A stretch of 64,000 bases of DNA from the human T2T-CHM13v2.0 reference genome, Homo sapiens, in NCBI RefSeq assembly GCF_009914755.1, contig NC_060930.1. One strand, written 5' to 3'. A program made the translations under genes and the position numbers. The notes beneath the pieces are model-generated. The model made no database searches, was not told where the DNA came from, and worked only from the letters and a program-made list of their open reading frames with translations. Shown piece after piece: positions 55,895-64,000 of this stretch (the first letter of the stretch is position 1; each line of letters begins with the position of its first letter).

Positions 55895-57759
55895 CACAGA
55901 GTATATTCATAAACAATGTCCAACTATGAGAACGATTGCATTAACATAACCATCAAAAAGCAAACAAAAATCCACCACTGCCAAAAAGGTCCCTATTTTT
56001 AAAATTTGAGATAAATTACTAGCCATTTGTATCTGTTTGCATGTGCCCAAAATGTCTTCTTTAGTTGTACACACAGTCTTTTGGAGAGCCCTGTTTTTCA
56101 TCTCCAGCAGAAGGCAAAACTATTCCAGATATACTTAATCAGTTACCTCTAGTTGGTGCAAGTAATAAATGCCCCTGTTAGTTACAAGTCTATCACTGGC
56201 TTGTGAAACAGTCCTAACTCCTAGCTTTTCTCTCCGCTATAAAAACACAATGCTGATTTGTTATTAACCAAATAACTAGTACAAAATTCTAGGACAACCA
56301 ACATATCAACCAAATCTTAGAAAAGAAACACGCTTGATACTTTTAATAGTTTCTGAAAATTTAAAGAAAAATCAATTGCTATTCTTATGGATAGGAAGAC
56401 AAAGCTTCTTTGAAATGGTAGCCTGTGGGTTTTGTTTTGTTTGGTTTTTAACAGCTGTTTGTTTTTTCTTTTAATAGTTCCCCACCAACTTGCACATAAC
56501 TCTGCTTTTCTTCATTTACTCCTTGGAAAAATTCCTCACCCAAACCTCTCACCTGCTCCCTTTGTTTCCTCCCTCCTGAGAAACGGGTGGGAATACCAGC
56601 AACTGCAATAAAATGCACAGACACATATGCACACACACACACCCACACCCACCACATGCACATTCCTCCTGCTCCGGTTCCTCTGTTTGCTTCCCAGCTG
56701 ATCCAAGATATCTACTTATTGGTTTGTTTTCTTCTCTATCATAAAGACTGTGTATTCTACTCTTCTGAGCACTAAGTATTTCTATGAAAGATTTAAAAAA
56801 AATATTTCTTAGATTTTCAAACAGAATAAGGTGTTTATTCTTATTGAGAAAACACATTTAAGGATTTGTAAAAGAACAAAGCATATGGAAATGTCACTCT
56901 AGCAAATGGTCATATTCATTCAAAGAAAAACAACACACCAATGTCCAAAGACATGAGATGTCTCACTGAATTGAGCAAACTACAATTAAAAATCTAGCAT
57001 TGCTGGATTCCAAAACGATCATATTTGGATCCATAAAATGAAGTATTTTCCTATTTCCCTGATTTCTAATTATTTAAAATTTAAGGAAAATCAGATTAGC
57101 AGTACTCTTACGCATACTCATAATTTTTCTATTAAAGTTTACCTTATCATTTAAAGATAGCCAGGACCTAGGGAGACATACTCATGCTACAATACAGAGT
57201 ACACAGAGAATATGAGGAAGGGATAATTTTATTTTTCTTAGCCTAATAGGCTACTAACCCAATTTGTTGATACAAGTTTGTAAGGTATACACAGGCCACT
57301 TGAACAAAGAAAATGAAATTAATCACTAAAACATCAGTCAGGAGAAATGACCTTGAGTTAATGTTCCTTTTGAAAAAAAAAAAATTCAAACTTCTGGAGA
57401 ATCATAAGAAGCTCCGGGGTGTAGGCACTGTTGTGCTTTTCTGAACCCCCAGTGAAGCCTGTGAATGTTACTCAATTCCACTATGGTGAGGTGGATTGTC
57501 TTACTGTTTCTACAGCTGCCAGGGTATTAAATTCTGACTGCATCCAATGCTGTGATCATCGTTCTGTGTCTAACCACACACCAGTCAAGTGTTGGATCTA
57601 GTGCTGGCAAAGGACCTTTCCTTCCTGGAGGCTGTTGGGCTCCGATAAGTACAAGTTTTCTTGTTCTCCAATTATCTGTCTGTCAGCCATGAGAGCTCCT
57701 CACCCACCACTGCTAACCTTCGTGGCTTGTTGTATAGATTCTGTATGATTTCCAATTAG

Positions 57760-58032
<273 letters not shown>

Positions 58033-59121
58033 TAGGTATTAACCAATAGAAGACAGAGAAAATGAAGATAAACGGCTTGCACCTGTTCTTTACCATGCAC
58101 TTCTCTTCACCATAATTTCAGCTATTGCCACTTGAGAATACCAGATTTTACCATTTACTTTGCATTGCCATGGAAAGGCAAACATATAGCAATGATTTAC
58201 AAGAAATAATACCATAGATAATACCATATATATTTTTAAATGCCATTCATTTATTATTCAATCATTTTATATTTTTTAAAACTTGCCAAAATGTGTGCTA
58301 AATCATTATGGAAGTTTCTGTGTAGTGTTGCTAAGGAGGTGCCACTTATGTGTATATAAAATTGCTTATTAGTTTTTTAACATTTTATAAAATATTTTGA
58401 AAGAAACTTATTTTCTATTGTGTGTAAATTAACCTCATTCAAAATACTAATAATAATATTCCAAAAATAAAACATACACATAATCTTTATATAAATGTAT
58501 ATACACATTTTACAGACTATCCCATTTTTCACAAAAATGTATCTTCACTAATTCTTATTTTCCAAGAACAATGGGAATTTGATGTGAGTTCTTGTAAGTT
58601 ATACAAATGTTTTATATGTTTCCTCAGTAATAACTATTTGTGTAGATTTTGAAAGTACAAATAAGAAAAATATTTATGAGGAATGCATTTTGAAACAGGA
58701 AACACACAAGAATGAAGAGAACAATCACTCGTGAATGTCCACCTATCATCATTCCTTTACAGTTCCAAAATCTTCCTAAGGAATAAAACCTGCCAGGTAA
58801 AACTTTCAGCTTCCAATAATAAGTCGCAAATACAGAAAGATGAACTCTATAAAAATAATTTAAAATAATATCAGAGTTAACATAAAACTGTTTTAAATAT
58901 AAATTATGCCAAATTTTCTAGCAAAAAAATAATTAGTATAACACTTGGAAATAAGACCAAGATTCACATTGCCATTAGATTTTATATTGCAATTAGTGGC
59001 ATGTAATTTGTGTAAATTGATGCCATGATGCTGTTTATGGTAATTTCCCTTATTTTTCACAAAATTTAAATCTGTAACACAAATTTAAATAGACTGGTTC
59101 TTTCTTAAAAAATGAAGTAAG

Positions 59122-59428
59122 GGTCAGGAGAGGTGGCTCACTCCTGCAATCCCAGCACTTTGAGAGGCCGAAGTGGGCAGATCATGATGTCAGGAGTTCG
59201 AGACCAGCCTGGCCAACATGGTGAAACCCATCTCTACTAAAAATACAAAAATTAGCCAGGCATGGAGGCAGGCACCTGTAATCCCAGCTACTCGGGAGGC
59301 TGAGGCAGGAGAATTGCTAGACCTGGGAGGCAGAGGTTACAGTGAGCCGAGATCGTGCCACTGGACTCCAGCCTGGGCGACAGAGCGAGACTCTGTCTCA
59401 GAAAAATAAAGAAAGAATAAAATAAAAT
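59122..59428 (+). mobile_element. AluS (AluSg-like), full length
   Basis: gatcatga-gtcaggagttcgagaccagcctggccaacatgg. TSD aaatgaagtaag 59110-59121 / aaacgaagtaag 59429-59440. Confidence 0.95.
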
Positions 59429-59689
59429 AAACGAAGTAAGTAAACATATGGTGATGCTTGCTGAAAAGCACGTGAATGATTCTTGATGTCAGTAGTAGCC
59501 AGAATCCATAACTCTGTAGATTGTAGCTTTACTCACATTTATATATAATTAAAACTTTCTCTTGTTTTCAAGTATATGTTTAAAGAACAAAGAGAGGATT
59601 ATCAATAAATTATACACAATTGAATTTCAAATGTCTGATAAAAGATAGCACCTGGCCATTTGGATTTTCCTTATAGGCAATTAGAAATA

Positions 59690-59925
59690 ACAACAATAAA
59701 CCTATTAACATTTTTCAGTACTTATGGTACGCCAGGCAATGTGTTAAGAGCATTATGCAAATTGCCTGTTTTAATTCACACAACAGTATAGGAGCAATAT
59801 TAGTATCAATTGTATTTTACATAAAAATAAAATTAGGGCTTAGAGAAGTAAAGAAATTTCCCTAAGGACATATAGCTATTCTGTGATGGTCTTTCTCATA
59901 CTAACATCCATTCTTCTAACCATAA
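59690..59925 (-). mobile_element. MIR SINE
   Basis: gccaggcaatgtgttaagagc, tttaattcacacaaca, gggcttagagaagtaaag. Confidence 0.75.
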
Positions 59926-60331
59926 CTTAAATAAAGTTGGAAATAAATACTCAGACGTACAGAACGATGTTTACAATCAAACTGAAAAAAAAAGCAAAAA
60001 AAGAATGTTTTCAACATTTTTCCTAGAATTAAAATTTTAGCATTACTGCTGAATTTTCCTTTAATTTCAGATATTTTCCTCACCTAATTTAACTTGGCTT
60101 TCATAGGCATAGGCTATACATGTAAACTATGCTATAAGTTTTACCAATGAGAACTTTTGAGAAATATTATTAAATTCATTATGCATATAGCTAAAATGCA
60201 TTTATGTTTTAAATACTACCCGTAGAGAAAATCACTGTAGAGCAGGAGAATGGAGTGTGGAAAACCAAGTCCTAATATTAAGAGGCTGCCTGATGTGTCT
60301 CAGAGCCTCAGCTACCACCCTGTATCCCAGG

Positions 60332-60718
60332 TGCTAGGGTTTAAATGTGTTTGTTCTCTCAAAAACTCATGTTGAAACTTAGTCCCCAGTGCAACAGGAT
60401 TTGGAGGTGGCACCAGTTGGATGTGTTTAGGTCATCAGGGCTCCACTCTCATGGACAGAGTAATGTTACTATAAAAAGAGCTTGTGTAAGTGGGTTTGTT
60501 CTCTTCTGCTATGTGAGGAATGATCCTTACCTCCAGATGATGCAGTGTTCAAGGCACTACCTTGGAAACAGAGGTTTGTCCCTTAGCAGACAAGAAACCT
60601 ACTGATGCTTTCATCTTGGTCATTCAAGTCTCTAGAGCTGTGAGAAATAAATTTATGTTCTTTATAATTTATCCAGTCTCAAATATTCTGTTACAGCAGC
60701 ACAAAATAGACTAAGACA
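60332..60718 (+). mobile_element. MST solo LTR (MSTC/D-like)
   Basis: tgctagggtttaaatgtg, aaactcatgttgaaactta, ctgtgagaaataaattt, gactaagaca. TSD ccagg/ctagg. Confidence 0.9.
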
Positions 60719-60824
60719 CTAGGCTAACTTCATTCTCACATTTTTAGGCTTTGCCTTTTGCCTGGATTCTTCTAACAGAGCATCTATGACAAATCCTTTC
60801 ATTTACTTTTTTTTTTTTTTTACA

Positions 60825-60965
60825 TATGTGTATCTCCCTATACAATCTAAATTCCCACAGTAAATAGGCACAAAATTAGTGTCTTCTGTATTTCTCCCTG
60901 ACAACCTGGTGCTTATCAAAGAGAAGTCATTCATATATTTTGTAAATGACTGACTGAATAAATGA
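60825..60965 (+). mobile_element. L2 3' end
   Basis: Ends atattttgtaaatgactgactgaataaatga. Confidence 0.5.
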
Positions 60966-62408
60966 TAATTGGAATATTAGTAGTGGATTCTTAATTTGAA
61001 AGACTTTTGAAAGAAATAAGTTTGTAAGCCCCTTCTGTAACCATGAGCCTAATATTACAAGTCAGTTGAGAAAATAGAGTATGTGTGCGTGTTTACAGAC
61101 TTGAAGCCTAAAATTGAGGATATTATCTGCTCTTTAAATATAATAAGCATAAATGTATAAAAGTAATGTACTCACCACTCAGCTCAAGAAATAAAGCATT
61201 TCTTTTATATTTGGAAACCGGTTTCCCCCTGCTCCTGCACAGAACTAACCTTTAATTTTAAATTATAGGTTTACCTTTTCCATAAATTTCTTTACATTTT
61301 TATTACATCTTAATATAGCTCTAAAAATTATAATATTGTTTTCTGTATTAAAAAACTTTAGAAAAATAAGGCCAGACTATGAATTATGCCTTTTAACCAT
61401 TTTATAAGCCTCATTGATACTTTATGTGTAGCCATAACTAATGAGATCAAATTAAAATGATCAAAATAACCCAGCATAGAATTAGTACTTGAGCAATTGA
61501 AAGAGGCCAAATGAAGAGATAATCAGAAGCAGTTAGGGTTCTTCAGCTGTATTTGCACCTGGTTCTTGTATAGATGGTGGTTATGGACTAGCAAACAGAA
61601 AGAAGGGTCAACTCCACGAAGCATGAGGGGCAAAGTGGGGAGCCATTGTGATTTCAGTGACTTGAAAACTGGGAAATGGAGGGTAATTTTTTCTGTGACT
61701 TATAACTTATTGACCCCATACTGAAAATGAAGCACACTGCATGGTAATGAAGAATTAGTTGTGAGCCTTTGAGGTAAGTGAGAAGAGTTTAAGTATTGGA
61801 GAAGATAGAGAATTGTGTCATGGAGATCAGTCATTAAGAGTGTTCATTAAGTTAGGTATCAACCATGGAAACCATTGCTACGGTAGTAGCTGAATCAAGA
61901 TAGGGAGGGATAAAACCAAGAGATAATTGTAGAGAAAAATAAAGCATATTGATTAATCTCCCTTACAAGAAGGGTGAAAAAAAAATATTAGCGTTAACAC
62001 CCACATTAATGTTCCAAACCTGAAAATGAAGGTTTCTCCTTTTAAACCATAAATTATGTAAACTGAGGAAACTATCCCAATTAATAGAAAACCTTATTTC
62101 TTGATGACGAAGGATATAAATAATTGGGAATTAAAGGAAGCTCAAAGACGGAACTGTTTCATCTTATATCTTAACTCTCTTTGGACTCTGTGAGGGCTTT
62201 GTGGATGTGTAGGAAGGGAAGAACAAAAGTAAACAAAAAGGAGGAAAAAACCCCAGAGTGCAGCAAGCTCTCTGGAATAGATTAATTTATTCAACGGCAA
62301 AACCAAAAGTATGAGATAAATGAGCTACCATCTCTACCCCATCAGCACTGGTTCAAAAATCTAGCTAATCTACAACTTGGATTTCTTTAAAGAATTTAAT
62401 TTGTCTGT

Positions 62409-62625
62409 GGCCAACTTAGTCTGACTGCTTCAAGCATGACATTCTTAAGGTCAAAGTCTTGGATTTGAAGCTTCTACAGAATAATTAACTTTGCTCTAAT
62501 CTGTGGTCACAGCTCATATCCCAAACCCTGACAAATTGTCTTTGTTCCTAAGAGGAGACCAGATGAAAGAAGAGGACTGTGAGAACAACAACCCAAAAGC
62601 ACACTCAATGGACAGAGATCACTAA
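62409..62625 (+). mobile_element. Probable MamSINE1 (ancient tRNA-derived SINE)
   Basis: Decayed tRNA-like head (ggccaacttagtctgactg...aaggtcaaagtcttggatttga), then aattaactttgctct...tggtcacag...cccaaaccctg...aagaggagaccag, colinear with the recalled MamSINE1 consensus. Confidence 0.65.
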
Positions 62626-63779
62626 TGCCATGTTTATTTATAAAAGATGCAATTTAGACACAAAACTTTTATTATGTATTTTAAAATAAAAATACGAAAA
62701 TTGATATAAACTATGTTGTCACATTGGATACTTCTAAATTAGTGAACTGAAAAAATAAACTGAAAGATAAAAAATTAGAATAATCTAAAAATATTATTTA
62801 CCATAATCATATATGATTAGAACAATGACAGTTAAATAATATAATTGATAGTTACACAAAATAAACCACAGGTTATATATTTGCTTTTTTTCAGAAGGTT
62901 AGTATAATGTTTGATATTGAAAGTTAAAGGATTTTACCTCAATTTTGTTGTAGTTCACTTATTTTTGCTTTATTTATATTCATAAAGTTATTAGTGTTGC
63001 TTAAAGAGACTGGAAAATCTAGTATTCATTCCAGAGTAAACTGGGATTATTTAAAGATTATTTTCATGCTTGAAAGTCAGATAAAATGAGTTTTAAAACT
63101 ATATTTCCATTTAGAAATAAGTATTTGTGTGTGTGTGTATGTAAGTCTTTGCCCTCAAAGAATTCTTTTTTGCTCTCTAGTAGTATTTTGGTACTTTTCT
63201 CTGATAAATCTTCAATTTTAGAATATTTTGTACATTGTTCTTCATTCTAACCAATTATTTTGTAATTTTAAAACAATCAGGCATTTTTCTATTTAATCTG
63301 GTTGCTTTAAAAATAAAGTGGAAAGGCTAATGTGTGGCACATTTTTGTATTTTCTTTTTTGTAACCAACTTGTTTATGCATATCATGTTTGTCGTGCAAT
63401 TTACCTATAAAACTATTCTCTGGGTTTCATAATAAAATATTTATATACTGAATATATTCTTCTTCCACATAATCTTACCTCTTTATCCTGGCATCTCTTA
63501 GATTGTGTATCTATCAGATTTAAAATAAAAATGTTTCTTTTTCAAAATAAAACAAATTGCTATTATGAAACAACTTTTATTCATCTACCTTTTCTCAAGT
63601 CTAGAGAGTAAGTGAAAAATGAAGATACCCTTCACCATGCTTGTGAACTCATTATCTTGTCAACATCATTGTAAACTAAGCTGATGAAAAGTTAACCCTA
63701 ACTGTGGAGAAGATCTGGCTAAGATGCAAGAAGCATGGCAGATTCAGAGATCTAGGTCTGGACAAATTAATGTAGAGGT

Positions 63780-64000
63780 CACCAAATGTATCCCCAGGTG
63801 ACTGAATAAAGAAAATGTGACATATGACATATATATATATACCATGGAATTCTACACAGCCATGAAGAGAAAGAAATGTCTTTCGCAGCAACACAGATTT
63901 AGCTGGAAGTGATTATTCTAAGTGAAATAACTTAGAAACAGAAAATCAAATACCATGTGTTCTCACTTTTAAGCGGGAGCTAAACAATGGGTATATATGG
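63780..64000 (+). mobile_element. L1 3' region (L1PB/L1MA-like), runs off the window end
   Basis: ataaagaaaatgtg, accatggaattctacacagccat, ttctaagtgaaataact, gggagctaaacaatgggta. Confidence 0.88.

Noticed and set aside
62409-62480. tRNA gene
   Set aside because: The cloverleaf and A/B boxes are decayed; better explained as a SINE head.

Overview
AT-rich, CpG-depleted primate (most likely human) non-coding DNA, either a large intron or intergenic. It is rich in LINE-1 and poor in Alu. I find no CpG island, no supportable protein-coding exon and no tRNA, rRNA or snRNA gene, and I cannot name the locus. Every ORF with a recognisable product is a decayed L1 ORF1/ORF2 fragment; most others are Alu, LTR or microsatellite read-throughs or short chance ORFs. 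The window is a layered record of transposable elements: about ten L1 copies with readable 3' ends (two 5'-inverted by twin priming, one with an in-frame internal deletion, two apparently stacked at one target site), older L1M/HAL1 debris, AluY, AluSg and a truncated Alu, seven LTRs all on the + strand, DNA-transposon MITEs (Tigger4, MER5, MER45A, MER58), MIR and L2 relics, and a probable MamSINE1. The most notable unexplained features are a pre-miRNA-sized hairpin at 54233-54293, a perfect 24-bp AT-rich inverted repeat at 34772-34908, a 22-bp direct repeat near 26.2-26.5 kb and a CpG-retaining segment at 19.85-20.35 kb. I do not see evidence for a new multi-gene system. Repeat subfamily names come from recalled consensus sequences and need RepeatMasker/Dfam confirmation; boundaries of ancient elements are approximate.
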